This document shows positions 25,903-35,994 of a stretch of 64,000 nt of DNA, piece by piece. The notes under the pieces are model-generated. The model saw nothing but the letters and a program-made list of their open reading frames with translations. It was not told the origin of the DNA and did not search any database. This DNA is from a virus (taxonomy: Duplodnaviria; Heunggongvirae; Uroviricota; Caudoviricetes), in IMG/VR virus record IMGVR_UViG_3300025000_000058; one strand, given 5' to 3'. Both the position numbers and the translations under genes were made by a program. Positions within the stretch are counted from its first letter, which is position 1; each line of letters starts with the position of its first letter.

Positions 25903-27624
25903 TTATAAGCTACTTAATACTCTGCCTCTGATATCTGCTAAACTATCATCTCTTAATAATTTGCCATCAACAAATACTTCTTCCAGTAAATCATCTGCTC
26001 TAAATAGAGCTTGTTGTGCAATTGATAATCCATCAATATATGTTATTTCATTTGTTGTTGAATCTTGAAGTACAACAACTCTGCCTTTTTGTGATTTTTT
26101 GATTTTGTCGAGATCAGTTTTCGGATTTTTAAAAATCAGTTTTTCTTTTCCATTTATTACTACGTGTGTTGCTTTAATAGCGATCATAAATGTATCTCTA
26201 CTATAATAACCTAGTGAATATGAACCTACACCAAATATAACATTTTCACTAGAAAATCCTTTTTGTTCTAGTTTTTTAAATATTTCTTCTGCTCTTTCTG
26301 GATTGATGCTGTCACCATATATAAGTGAAATATGTGAATCTAATACTTTATATCCTTTAGAATTAATTGTACCACCAAATATATCCCATAGTGATTCTAT
26401 TGAACCTTTTTGTTCTATAGTCAATTCTACTTCTTCACAACTTATTACCTGTGTATAATCAATATAATAATATTGTTTATCATACCTGTTCCATTCAAAT
26501 TCGACAATTATTTTATATATTTTATTATTATATTTGAAATACCCTTCATTTTTATCTACTCCATATTCTCCATGAGGTGTTTCATCTCTTACTTCTTCTT
26601 CTAAATATTCTTTCATCGTTTTAATACAATCATCTAATGTTTTACAATATTTATCATTTGTAAAATCTTCAACAATCACATTACCACAAATAATGTCAAC
26701 TGGATTGCCCGTATCTGGTCTTACGACCAGTTTACCATTTCTATTCATTATAATTTCTTTTAATTTTGGAATAATATTACCAATAACATTCCAATAATCA
26801 TATCCATCTGATACAATACTAACAATACCTTCAGGTACGATTTCAGTAATCATTTTTTTATAATATTTTAAATCATCCTCATATTGGCATTGAATCGAAT
26901 GCTCAGAAGCGAGTACGCTTGAAAATACTAGCTCTTCTTCAACATTGGCATTATAGTAATGCTCTAAATACTGAGTGCTTGGTATAGTATCTGAGCCTGT
27001 GAAATATAGTAAATGTCCTGCCCCTGTTGTTATTGCATCTTCATTGCAACCCATTCCTCTATAACTGAAGTTGTGACATTGCCATTTAATATGTTCTTTA
27101 CTATCGCATGTTTTTTCAGCCCATTTTTCACATATATCTCTATATTTTTTTACTATTGTTGTAGATGTTATTACTTTCCACATTGAAACACTTATAAGTG
27201 TTTCTAAATAATTTGTTAACCAATGAAATTCATTATTAGTATTTTCAATTGTAAACAATGGTGTTTTAATTGGTGCTAAAGTACCTTCTTTAAGAGCACG
27301 TATTTTAATTGGCAAATACCCTAAATCATGTAATGCTTCAATATGCTTAGTATCTGCACAATTATCCCCTAAAGTGTATTTAATAATTCTTTTATATTCT
27401 GTAATTACTTCTTCTTTGTTTCTACTAAAGAAATTTTCATTAAAGTATTCAATCAAATATTCTTTTATAAAACCTTGCAAACCAAAGAATACTACTTCAT
27501 TAATATCTTTTAATCTTGTCCCTCTTGGAGTAAATGTAGAATATGTTTTCTCAATTCCTTTTTCAGTCATAATTCTGTGAGATATTTTATAACAATCTAC
27601 TAATAACATTGGATTATATTTCAT
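25903..27624 (-). CDS. nadV: nicotinamide phosphoribosyltransferase (NAMPT, NadV-like)
   Basis: 573 aa. The N-terminal MLLVDCYKISH and overall length and architecture match NAMPT/PBEF. Conserved GTDT-like and phosphoribosyltransferase regions are present. Confidence 0.85.
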   Translation of the reverse strand: MKYNPMLLVDCYKISHRIMTEKGIEKTYSTFTPRGTRLKDINEVVFFGLQGFIKEYLIEYFNENFFSRNKEEVITEYKRIIKYTLGDNCADTKHIEALHDLGYLPIKIRALKEGTLAPIKTPLFTIENTNNEFHWLTNYLETLISVSMWKVITSTTIVKKYRDICEKWAEKTCDSKEHIKWQCHNFSYRGMGCNEDAITTGAGHLLYFTGSDTIPSTQYLEHYYNANVEEELVFSSVLASEHSIQCQYEDDLKYYKKMITEIVPEGIVSIVSDGYDYWNVIGNIIPKLKEIIMNRNGKLVVRPDTGNPVDIICGNVIVEDFTNDKYCKTLDDCIKTMKEYLEEEVRDETPHGEYGVDKNEGYFKYNNKIYKIIVEFEWNRYDKQYYYIDYTQVISCEEVELTIEQKGSIESLWDIFGGTINSKGYKVLDSHISLIYGDSINPERAEEIFKKLEQKGFSSENVIFGVGSYSLGYYSRDTFMIAIKATHVVINGKEKLIFKNPKTDLDKIKKSQKGRVVVLQDSTTNEITYIDGLSIAQQALFRADDLLEEVFVDGKLLRDDSLADIRGRVLSSL

Positions 27625-28021
27625 TATTTTTTCTCTCCTTATTAAAATATTTTTTATATCTTTCTTTTCTAATTTTATTGCATAATTCTAATAATTCTTT
27701 ATCTATTTCTATATGTTTCCATGTTATTCTCTTGTTTTTATGATTTATTATTGGTAGATTTTTAGGATTTGGTATAAAAGCAACTGCTATTAATCTATGT
27801 ACCAAGCATGATTTTCTTTTTCCGTCTTTTTGCAATTGTACATACTCATAACCATTTGGATATAAGTTTATTTTAAGTATTCTTCCTAGTATTTTTCTTG
27901 TTGTATTTTTACTAATTACAATTCTATCCAAGCTTCTAACCCTGCCATGATTAGATACTTGATAACTACCTTCATATCCAATAATATCTTTCCATATTTC
28001 CTTTTCAAATTCTTCTTCCAT
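27614..28021 (-). CDS. HNH homing endonuclease with NUMOD4 motif
   Basis: WKDIIGYEGSYQVSNHGRVRS (NUMOD4) followed by HRLIAVAF...INHKNK (HNH_3). The stop of NAMPT overlaps the start of this gene. Confidence 0.8.
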   Translation of the reverse strand: MEEEFEKEIWKDIIGYEGSYQVSNHGRVRSLDRIVISKNTTRKILGRILKINLYPNGYEYVQLQKDGKRKSCLVHRLIAVAFIPNPKNLPIINHKNKRITWKHIEIDKELLELCNKIRKERYKKYFNKERKNNEI

Positions 28022-28047
28022 AGCTACTCCTTAATATTTTATCTTCT

Positions 28048-28911
28048 CTAATTTATTTCATTATATTCATCATAGTACATCCATCTTAAAGGTTCACCTG
28101 TAATTAAATGTTTACCTGCTGATTTTCTTTTGCCATTACAAACTTTATCTACACGTAAACCAAATTTTTTTCTTAAATAAAAAGCAGACTCGTAAATTTC
28201 CAAAGTATTTAAACAAATAACTTTCTTTTTGTTTTTTCCTCTATTGTCATTTTTAATTATTATTTTATTATTTTGATAATTTTCATAATAAGCAAATCTA
28301 TATCCACCATGTATTCTTCCATCATTACAACTTTTCCAAATATGTTGATGTAATGTATTTAATTTTATACTTGCGTCTGTAATACTATCAAATGTTTCAT
28401 GTGTATCCAAATTAATTACTTTTCTTTTTTTAGTTTTTAAATAGTCTATAAATTTTTTAGTTCTTATTAATTTATAAATTAAATTATTTTCTTTATATGT
28501 CTTTTCTCTTTTCTTTGCAGATTGACTTAATTTTTGCTTAGTAATATTTGATTTAAGCTTACCTTTATTTGCTTTACTTATTTTCATTTTAGTTATAGTT
28601 GAATGTGTGCCTGAAGTATTACCACCATTTTGTATGTTATAGCCATAATTTATATTAGTAGTATTACATTTTTTTATATATTCTATTTCTAAATTTTCTG
28701 CTTCTTTTTTTGTTAATTTTTCATGTAATATTTCATGATTAAAATTATTCCATTTATATTTTTTTATGGCATTATAAAAATAAATACATTCTTTATAACC
28801 TTCACCATTCCTCCATCTATCATTAGGTTTCTGACAAGTTATACCTATGTATTTTTTATTATTAATTTTATTAGTGTGAACATACAATATATATTTATTA
28901 TTTTCTTCCAT
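28048..28911 (-). CDS. GIY-YIG homing endonuclease with NUMOD3 repeats
   Basis: The true start is probably MEENNKYILYVHTNKINNKKYIGIT (GIY-YIG). It is followed by NGYNIQNGG and the NUMOD3-like TKMKISKANKGK. The ORF-track 5-prime extension to 29019 is probably read-through. Confidence 0.8.
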   Translation of the reverse strand: MEENNKYILYVHTNKINNKKYIGITCQKPNDRWRNGEGYKECIYFYNAIKKYKWNNFNHEILHEKLTKKEAENLEIEYIKKCNTTNINYGYNIQNGGNTSGTHSTITKMKISKANKGKLKSNITKQKLSQSAKKREKTYKENNLIYKLIRTKKFIDYLKTKKRKVINLDTHETFDSITDASIKLNTLHQHIWKSCNDGRIHGGYRFAYYENYQNNKIIIKNDNRGKNKKKVICLNTLEIYESAFYLRKKFGLRVDKVCNGKRKSAGKHLITGEPLRWMYYDEYNEIN

Positions 28912-29134
28912 TTTATTTATCCTTAATATTTTATATTCTCCAATCTCCTCTATCTCAAATGCCACGCCCTTAACATCCCATCTAACGAACCATTTTCTCC
29001 TAAAAACAACCATCCACAAAATACAATAAAACCAGTTGTAACCAAATGACTTACTTCAATTTTCCCAATTATCTTAGTATTCAACAAAGCATCTGTTTTA
29101 TTTAATATTTTACTCATTAAATTATTCCTCCTTT

Positions 29135-29542
29135 TTAACCAATCCTTTTCTCCATTTCTTCAACAACTTTCAATAAACAATTATAAGCACTGCTTAAACC
29201 AGCTCGATCATCAATAAGCATATTGTAATAAATCTTTCTTCCCTTAAAATTCATTGTTTCATCTGCATTTTCATTTATCTTATCATATGGAATATCATTT
29301 TCATTTAAATACTTTTTAATAACATCATATTTATCTTCTGTGTTACAGGTAAACACTATTAATGTAGTATCTAATTTCTTTAATCTTCTTAATAAATTAA
29401 TTACATTGTTATAAGAATATCCTTTGTTTCCATAGTCATACACTGTATTATCATAATCATATGCCACAATTAAACCATCATATTTTTCCCATTCTTCAAT
29501 CAATCTTTTGATTACATTATTATCATCAAGAAAATAGTCCAT
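29135..29542 (-). CDS. HAD-superfamily phosphatase/nucleotidase-like protein
   Basis: GLIVAYDYDNTV gives HAD motif I (DxDxT). Small 135-aa capless HAD, like phage 5-prime nucleotidases. Confidence 0.5.
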   Translation of the reverse strand: MDYFLDDNNVIKRLIEEWEKYDGLIVAYDYDNTVYDYGNKGYSYNNVINLLRRLKKLDTTLIVFTCNTEDKYDVIKKYLNENDIPYDKINENADETMNFKGRKIYYNMLIDDRAGLSSAYNCLLKVVEEMEKRIG

Positions 29543-29573
29543 ATTTATATTCTCCTTAATACATTCTATTATT

Positions 29574-30248
29574 TTAACTTATTAATGGTTTTTGCAAATA
29601 TGTGTTATCTATTTCAAATCCCATATATTTTCTATTCATATCCTTTGCTACTTTAGCAACAACACAACTTCCCATAAATGGATCAAGTATTACTTCATTT
29701 TCTTTACTACAAGCTTCTATAATTGGTCTAACAATCTCTTCTGGTTTTTGTGTTGGGTGTATTTTATTTTTACCTCTTGGCATTACTACATCTATAACAT
29801 TTCTTTGTCCATATTTTTCTAATTTTTTATATCCACCTTTTCTAAACATAAGTAAAAATTCACATGATTTATAAAAATATGAAGATGGTACAGCATTTGA
29901 TTTATTCATTATTAATATCTCACAAAATATAAATCCAGCTTTTTCACATTCTAACCAAATTTCTCTCATATTTCTGTCATTGGTCATAATTAATATATAT
30001 GTTTTATCCTTCATTATAGGATATAACAATGGTATCCATTCACTAAATTTAGGTGTTTTATATTTAAAACATTCTCCAGTTGTTGTAAATGGATTAACTC
30101 CTTCATTATTCCTTAATAAAGATTTTTTTCTACCCCCTGCTACTAATTTATATGGAGGGTCAGTAAATATCATATCTATACTTTCTGGAACAATTAATTT
30201 TAATCCTTCTATTGCATCCATATTATATACTTTATTTAATTCTAACAA
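29574..30248 (-). CDS. DNA N6-adenine/N4-cytosine methyltransferase (beta class)
   Basis: Motif IV IFTDPPY precedes motif I ILDPFMGSCVV. TTG start with GGAGG 7 nt upstream. Confidence 0.8.
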   Translation of the reverse strand: MLELNKVYNMDAIEGLKLIVPESIDMIFTDPPYKLVAGGRKKSLLRNNEGVNPFTTTGECFKYKTPKFSEWIPLLYPIMKDKTYILIMTNDRNMREIWLECEKAGFIFCEILIMNKSNAVPSSYFYKSCEFLLMFRKGGYKKLEKYGQRNVIDVVMPRGKNKIHPTQKPEEIVRPIIEACSKENEVILDPFMGSCVVAKVAKDMNRKYMGFEIDNTYLQKPLIS

Positions 30249-30261
30249 TTATTTACCTCCT

Positions 30262-31098
30262 TTATAATTCAATAATATCAAATATATGCATTTTTTCAAT
30301 TGATATTTTTTCTTTATCTAAAATACTATTTGTAGTAAATACTTTATCAATTAAATCTGTTTGAAACAAATCTCCTTTAAAAATACTATATTCACAATGA
30401 GCAACAAATAAATATACTTCTTTTGCTCCCAATTCTTTTAATTTCTTAGCACTTATAATAAACGTCCCAGCATAACTTGATATATCATCCAAAATAATAA
30501 CTTTAGCATCTTTTATTAAATTAATATCCCCTACAATATCTAATTTATCAATTTTACCTGTGTTGAAGTCTCTTGATTTATACCCCACTAAATATTTAAA
30601 ACCTTTAATATTTTTATGTGCTTTCGCACTTCCATCATCAGGATAAAATAATATATCTTTTTCTTTATCAAATCCAATTTTATTCATTACTTCACCTAAC
30701 AATTCAATTGTTGGGTATACTGCTGTACTTTTATTCAATAAAGCCATTGATACATTAGAATGTGGACTAATGACTACAACACTGTTAAAATTTAATGAAT
30801 TAATAAAATTACAAATATATTTTAAAGTGAATGCTGAAGTTGTTTCATAATACCCTTCAACTCTATCCATTCTTGAGTATGGTAAATATAATATCTTTAA
30901 ATCACAGTCAACTCCTAAATTATTTTCATCTATATAATTTTTAAGAAACATTAATTTGATTAAATCACTTTCATCTTCATATTTAAATGTAATTTCATTA
31001 TTTATATTTATATCTCTCCAAATTTGTTCATTATCTATTCTAATTTCTCCATTAGGGTATTTTTCAAAATTAAGTCTTTCACCATTTAATAAAATCAT
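30262..31098 (-). CDS. prs: ribose-phosphate pyrophosphokinase (PRPP synthetase)-like
   Basis: VIILDDISSYAGTF PRPP-binding loop. Two-domain phosphoribosyltransferase-type architecture of about 280 aa. Confidence 0.65.
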   Translation of the reverse strand: MILLNGERLNFEKYPNGEIRIDNEQIWRDININNEITFKYEDESDLIKLMFLKNYIDENNLGVDCDLKILYLPYSRMDRVEGYYETTSAFTLKYICNFINSLNFNSVVVISPHSNVSMALLNKSTAVYPTIELLGEVMNKIGFDKEKDILFYPDDGSAKAHKNIKGFKYLVGYKSRDFNTGKIDKLDIVGDINLIKDAKVIILDDISSYAGTFIISAKKLKELGAKEVYLFVAHCEYSIFKGDLFQTDLIDKVFTTNSILDKEKISIEKMHIFDIIEL

Positions 31099-31121
31099 TT
31101 ATATTTTATCCTCCATTATTT

Positions 31122-31514
31122 TTAATCATTATTTACATAATCAGCTACTTGAGATAATGCTTGAAACCATTTACCACCATTCTGCTCTACCATTTTACCT
31201 ACTTCTACCAATGATTTCATTTGTCTTATACTAAAATACACACCTTCGTCTTCTGATAAGATACAGAATAATGTTTTTTCTGGTCTTTTATTAGAATCAT
31301 CTACTACTTCTGCAATACTATATACTCCACTCATTTTAGGTGTAATGACATATAAACAATAATCACAACTTTCTCTTTTTTGTCTTTCTAATTCTTGGCA
31401 TTCAGGAGTCCAATCTTCTACTACTGGATTAAAATAATCAATTTTTAATAAAGATATTAATTGTTCTCTCCATTTACTTTCATTACAAGTCCCACCCAAA
31501 AATATTTCTTTCAT
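31122..31514 (-). CDS. nucleoside 2-deoxyribosyltransferase-like (Rossmann/flavodoxin-like) protein
   Basis: Probable start MKEIFLGGTCNESKW, matching the xIFLAGp...W N-terminus of the nucleoside deoxyribosyltransferase/LOG-like superfamily. GGAGG RBS. Confidence 0.4.
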   Translation of the reverse strand: MKEIFLGGTCNESKWREQLISLLKIDYFNPVVEDWTPECQELERQKRESCDYCLYVITPKMSGVYSIAEVVDDSNKRPEKTLFCILSEDEGVYFSIRQMKSLVEVGKMVEQNGGKWFQALSQVADYVNND

Positions 31515-31573
31515 TTTTCCTCCTTTTAAAAATGGGTGTTTTATTTGCACCCATTTTTATTATTTATATTTAA

Positions 31574-32410
31574 TTATTTTACTTGCATCATTGGCATAAC
31601 TCCATTGTCACCCATCATATATTGAGGTACTTTAGAACCACCTTTTTCCCATGCTTTAATCCATTCTTGTTGTGCTTCAATTTTTCTAAGTTCTAATAAT
31701 GTTGGAGTTATTTGTTCTTTTTGTAGTCTTAATGATTCAGCTTCAGCTCTAGCTTGCTCTACTTTTTGCTTTGCTTCTGCTTTAATTCTTTCTAAATCAT
31801 TATTTGCTGTTAAAGCATTTTGTTGTGCAGTTTGTTTTGCTTCAATAGCCTCATTAAAACCATCACTAAAATCAAAATCTGTAACATTAAACATCGTGAT
31901 TACCATTTTATAAGCATTAAGTTTACTTTGTAATAAATTTTTCATTTCTTGACTTACTATTTCTCTTTTAAGAACTAAATCTTCAGCAGAATATTTTGCT
32001 GTACTTGCTTTCACACACTCTTGTATAGCAGGACTCACAATTTTATCATTATATGATAAACCTACTTCTTTATAAAGTTTATTTACTGTAGCAGGATCAA
32101 TTTTATATACTACTGCAATTTTACTATGTGCTTTCTGCACATCTTTTGATACCGCTGTACAAATAGCTTCTACTTTTTGTTCTCTAATTTCAATCATTTC
32201 AAATGAATCTCTAATTGGTAGTCTTAAATGAATACCTTCACTTAAAACATTATTTTGAACTGCTCCAAAATGCATTTCTACCCCTTTATGTCCTGCTGGT
32301 ACAGTAACCCAAGGTTTAACTATTGGTAATATTACCAATCCTGCACATAATACAACTCCACCTAAAATAAGATTTCCTTTTACACCTAAATTTTTAATTG
32401 CATTTAACAT
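31574..32410 (-). CDS. SPFH/band-7 (prohibitin/stomatin-like) membrane protein
   Basis: N-terminal TM helix, an SPFH core (HKGVEMHFGAVQ...IAVVYKIDP) and a C-terminal coiled coil (AEAKQKVEQARAEAESLRLQ). Confidence 0.7.
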   Translation of the reverse strand: MLNAIKNLGVKGNLILGGVVLCAGLVILPIVKPWVTVPAGHKGVEMHFGAVQNNVLSEGIHLRLPIRDSFEMIEIREQKVEAICTAVSKDVQKAHSKIAVVYKIDPATVNKLYKEVGLSYNDKIVSPAIQECVKASTAKYSAEDLVLKREIVSQEMKNLLQSKLNAYKMVITMFNVTDFDFSDGFNEAIEAKQTAQQNALTANNDLERIKAEAKQKVEQARAEAESLRLQKEQITPTLLELRKIEAQQEWIKAWEKGGSKVPQYMMGDNGVMPMMQVK

Positions 32411-32490
32411 TAATATCTCTCCTTTTTATTTAATATTTTAAATTTACTATCAAAACAGAATAAAATTTTTCTCCTTTCATTATTTATTCT

Positions 32491-32844
32491 TTATTCTTTA
32501 ATAAAATCTTTTTTAAATATTTCATATAACTTCATATCATAATACTTTCCATCTTGTAACTTTGCTTCTTCTTTTCTTATACCTGCAATTCTTCCATTGT
32601 ACTTATTAATATATCTGTCATACATTTTTTCTATTGGATTACCAATAACTACTGCAAAACTTACTTTTCTAAATTCAGTTAATAAATTATTTATAAACAA
32701 TTTTAAATCTCTTGAAAATTCTAAATTATATTCTCCTGTAAAATTAATTATTCCTAAACCACTTGCTTCTTCACATACTCTATCTACATTAGCTGTAAAA
32801 TATCCTATAACATTATTGCCTTTATCTACACTAACAAATTGCAA
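32491..32844 (-). CDS. hypothetical protein
   Basis: 117-aa ORF. Confidence 0.4.
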   Translation of the reverse strand: MQFVSVDKGNNVIGYFTANVDRVCEEASGLGIINFTGEYNLEFSRDLKLFINNLLTEFRKVSFAVVIGNPIEKMYDRYINKYNGRIAGIRKEEAKLQDGKYYDMKLYEIFKKDFIKE

Positions 32845-33055
32845 ACAACTCCAACCACTATCTTTTATTTCAATATCTTAATTAATCCAAGGAGCACAAT
32901 GATAATACCTATACCTTTCATCACATAATATTTTCATATATTCTTGTTGAAGTTTTTCTTTATATTGAAAAGCCAATTTTAATATTTTTATCACCCCCGA
33001 CTTCTTATTTATTGTAACATAATATTTTATCTTTGTCAAGTATTTTTATTTTTTA

Positions 33056-33772
33056 TTAGTCTTTTAGTGCTTCGTAATCAATTAAATCAATATTAAAACT
33101 GTCTTGAAACAAAATAGGATCATAGAATAAACTAAATGTTTTTTTAAATTTATCTATATTAACTTTATCAATATTAGTAAATGTAAAATAAAAATTAATT
33201 CCTTCTAATATTAATTGTTGTATATTATACCAAAATAAAATAGGATTATAATCCATTCCTGTATTCTTTTTAAATTCTTCAAGATTAGTACCTTTAACAC
33301 TTACCGCATAAAGACAATTAGGTTTATTTATTTTTCTTAAATATTCCTTGTTATACACTTTTTCAATGCATAATAAATCACTATGAAATACTTTATCACT
33401 TGGTAATATATCAATAATCTCATGCCAATTTTCTAAATATAAAGCAGGACTTCCACCCATTAAATGAAATACATCTTGTTTTGATTCTATAAAATAATCA
33501 ATTAATTCATTAGTTGTAAATGTTTTATATTTACCCCATATACCGTCTGGCGTAACATAACAATATGGACATTTTAATGAACAAGCGTATAATTGTACTA
33601 CAAATTGATTATTACCATTCATATTTAATCTACTTTTACATATACTAGGAAACTTATCATATCCTCCACCAGATTTATATATATTACATTTTCTAAAGTA
33701 TCCACCATGTAATATATCATTTTTATCAACATCTCTTAATTGTTTCTCACATAAAGGCACTACTTTCCACAT
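33056..33772 (-). CDS. radical SAM enzyme (QueE/NrdG-like small activase type)
   Basis: CSLKCPYC is the CX3CX2C cluster motif. HLMGGSPAL is the glycine-rich SAM motif. 238 aa. Confidence 0.5.
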   Translation of the reverse strand: MWKVVPLCEKQLRDVDKNDILHGGYFRKCNIYKSGGGYDKFPSICKSRLNMNGNNQFVVQLYACSLKCPYCYVTPDGIWGKYKTFTTNELIDYFIESKQDVFHLMGGSPALYLENWHEIIDILPSDKVFHSDLLCIEKVYNKEYLRKINKPNCLYAVSVKGTNLEEFKKNTGMDYNPILFWYNIQQLILEGINFYFTFTNIDKVNIDKFKKTFSLFYDPILFQDSFNIDLIDYEALKD

Positions 33773-33789
33773 ATTATTCCTCCTTGTAT

Positions 33790-34098
33790 TTATGGTAAAT
33801 ATATTGAGTGATAAATATTTGAAACATTATCATCAGTAACTTTATATTTACTGTATATTACTTGAATATTATCACCTACATTAACTATATTATAAAGTCT
33901 ATAATTATCGAATTTTTTTTCAATATTGTCATACTTAATACTAATTTCATAATGAGTTGTTTTTGTTCCAGCATTCCAACAACTATTTTTATTTATTACT
34001 TTGCCAAATACCAATTTTTCTTCAATAACTTCTTTATTTGCACATCCTGAAAATAATAATAAACAAATTATCATTAAGGTACAAATTAATCTTTTCAT
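33790..34098 (-). CDS. lipoprotein
   Basis: MKRLICTLMIICLLLFSGCANKE is a signal peptide with lipobox LFSGC. Confidence 0.6.
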   Translation of the reverse strand: MKRLICTLMIICLLLFSGCANKEVIEEKLVFGKVINKNSCWNAGTKTTHYEISIKYDNIEKKFDNYRLYNIVNVGDNIQVIYSKYKVTDDNVSNIYHSIYLP

Positions 34099-34120
34099 TA
34101 TATATCACCCTCTTATTTAT

Positions 34121-34846
34121 TTAAACCATTCTAAATCCATACTTATTAAGAAATATATTTAATATATATTTGCTTTTCTCTTTTAAATCTTTTTCTAATA
34201 AATTACTTTTTTCCAATTTCTTTTCTACTCTTTCAATATTTTTATACCTGTCTTCAATTGCTTTATTTATTTTTTCTATAACATCTTTTACTTCTTCTTT
34301 ATAATTATTAAAATCATAAAGTAATCTAAAGAAGAATTTAACATCTTTTACTGCCCTCCAAGGACACTCATAATAATCTTCCCATTTTATTAAATCTTTC
34401 TTGTATTTAGATATTTCTTTATTGTCCCAATACATTTCCATACTACATTGTCTTCTATAATCTTCTCTGGTTTTTATTCCTCTTTCCTTAATTGTTTTAT
34501 TATAAATATCAATCTCAAACAATTGATTATTATCATATTTAACTACTATATTAGTAGGAAAATACATATTATCATATGTATAATCAAATTCATTACCATG
34601 TTTTTCTTTCAAATAATTAATTAATATATTGAATATATATTTCTGCACTGTATGATACGTAACATCTTTATCTTTTGGTGTATCAAATACTAAAAATGGA
34701 TAATTAAAATTCATTAATCTTAAATTATTACTAAATAGTTTTGTTAATATTAACTCTGGATTATTGTGTATTTTAGCAAATATCATTCTTATTTCTTTTA
34801 AATTTTCTTCTGATTGATATAACATATCATATATTTTTTTGTTCAT
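34121..34846 (-). CDS. hypothetical protein
   Basis: 241-aa ORF. Confidence 0.45.
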   Translation of the reverse strand: MNKKIYDMLYQSEENLKEIRMIFAKIHNNPELILTKLFSNNLRLMNFNYPFLVFDTPKDKDVTYHTVQKYIFNILINYLKEKHGNEFDYTYDNMYFPTNIVVKYDNNQLFEIDIYNKTIKERGIKTREDYRRQCSMEMYWDNKEISKYKKDLIKWEDYYECPWRAVKDVKFFFRLLYDFNNYKEEVKDVIEKINKAIEDRYKNIERVEKKLEKSNLLEKDLKEKSKYILNIFLNKYGFRMV

Positions 34847-34860
34847 ATGATTATCTCCTT

Positions 34861-35115
34861 TTATTCTTCTTCATATGTTAAATGCATCACCCATGCTTTA
34901 CCATATCCATTCCAATTGTCTACACCAACTGCTTTCAAAGCATTTAATAAACTACTATCTTCTAATAATCTTTCATACTCATCCTTTGTAATTGCTATCA
35001 TATCTGGATCGAAAAGAGAAGTATTAATACAATTACAATCTTTTTCATGATCTACACACTCTTCTTCATCATAAAATGTTGTACCACATTTATCACAAAT
35101 ATATTTTAAATACAT
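34861..35115 (-). CDS. zinc-ribbon protein
   Basis: CDKCGTTF...HEKDCNC. 84 aa. Confidence 0.4.
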   Translation of the reverse strand: MYLKYICDKCGTTFYDEEECVDHEKDCNCINTSLFDPDMIAITKDEYERLLEDSSLLNALKAVGVDNWNGYGKAWVMHLTYEEE

Positions 35116-35138
35116 ATTTTATTTTAACTCTCCTTTAC

Positions 35139-35363
35139 TCAAAGATATTTTATATCAATTATGTTTATTACTCCATCTTTAACAATACTTGCAGAAACAC
35201 ATCCTCTATCGTCTTTGTAAGGTAATGTAATTGCTAAAGATATGTCTTTAATTTTTAATGCATAGTCAGCTACTATTTTACATAATTCTTTATATCTTAA
35301 TGGATATGATTGTGCAAAACTAAATAATTCATTTGTGTCAAAATCTTTCATAATATTAATCAT
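35139..35363 (-). CDS. hypothetical protein
   Basis: 74-aa ORF. Confidence 0.35.
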   Translation of the reverse strand: MINIMKDFDTNELFSFAQSYPLRYKELCKIVADYALKIKDISLAITLPYKDDRGCVSASIVKDGVINIIDIKYL

Positions 35364-35566
35364 AGTCTTTTATTTAAACAAACATTATAGCACTGATTTA
35401 CATTTAAATACTTCCAACAATTATTTGGTACTGCAAATTTTATATTAATATTAAAATTATCTTCATAGTTAGGACAATTTATATTCCAACATGCATCAAC
35501 ACTTCCAAATCCATTTGGATTATTATTTACTGTGATACCATTAACTTTTGTTTTTGATTTATTCAT
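35360..35566 (-). CDS. hypothetical Cys-rich small protein
   Basis: 68 aa. 4-nt overlap with the downstream gene. Confidence 0.35.
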   Translation of the reverse strand: MNKSKTKVNGITVNNNPNGFGSVDACWNINCPNYEDNFNINIKFAVPNNCWKYLNVNQCYNVCLNKRL

Positions 35567-35992
35567 TTATAATTTTCCTTTCATTTGTTTTTTGTACATG
35601 TTATAAAAATCTTTTATTTTCATATCCCAAAATAGTATTTTATCTTTATTATTTTTAATAAATTCTATTTCTTCTTTATTTAAAATAACTAATGTTATTG
35701 TATGGTATCCACTTATTTTATACTTATTTACAATTTTTTTATCCCATTCATCATATTGTATTATCCCATTTTTTTCATATCCACAATTGTTCATAGATAG
35801 ATTGTTTATTCTATTAAATATTTTTATAATTAACTGCTCACACCATTTTTCTAAATGTTCATCTTCTGTATAACCTTTATTGATTAAACTTATTATATTT
35901 CTTTCTTCTTTAAATTTAATATTATAACTATTATTAATTTTATTTTTTTTATTTCTAAATGTTCCTGGCAATAAACCATACATATTATACAT
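35567..35992 (-). CDS. hypothetical protein
   Basis: 141-aa ORF. Confidence 0.4.
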   Translation of the reverse strand: MYNMYGLLPGTFRNKKNKINNSYNIKFKEERNIISLINKGYTEDEHLEKWCEQLIIKIFNRINNLSMNNCGYEKNGIIQYDEWDKKIVNKYKISGYHTITLVILNKEEIEFIKNNKDKILFWDMKIKDFYNMYKKQMKGKL

Positions 35993-35994
35993 AA

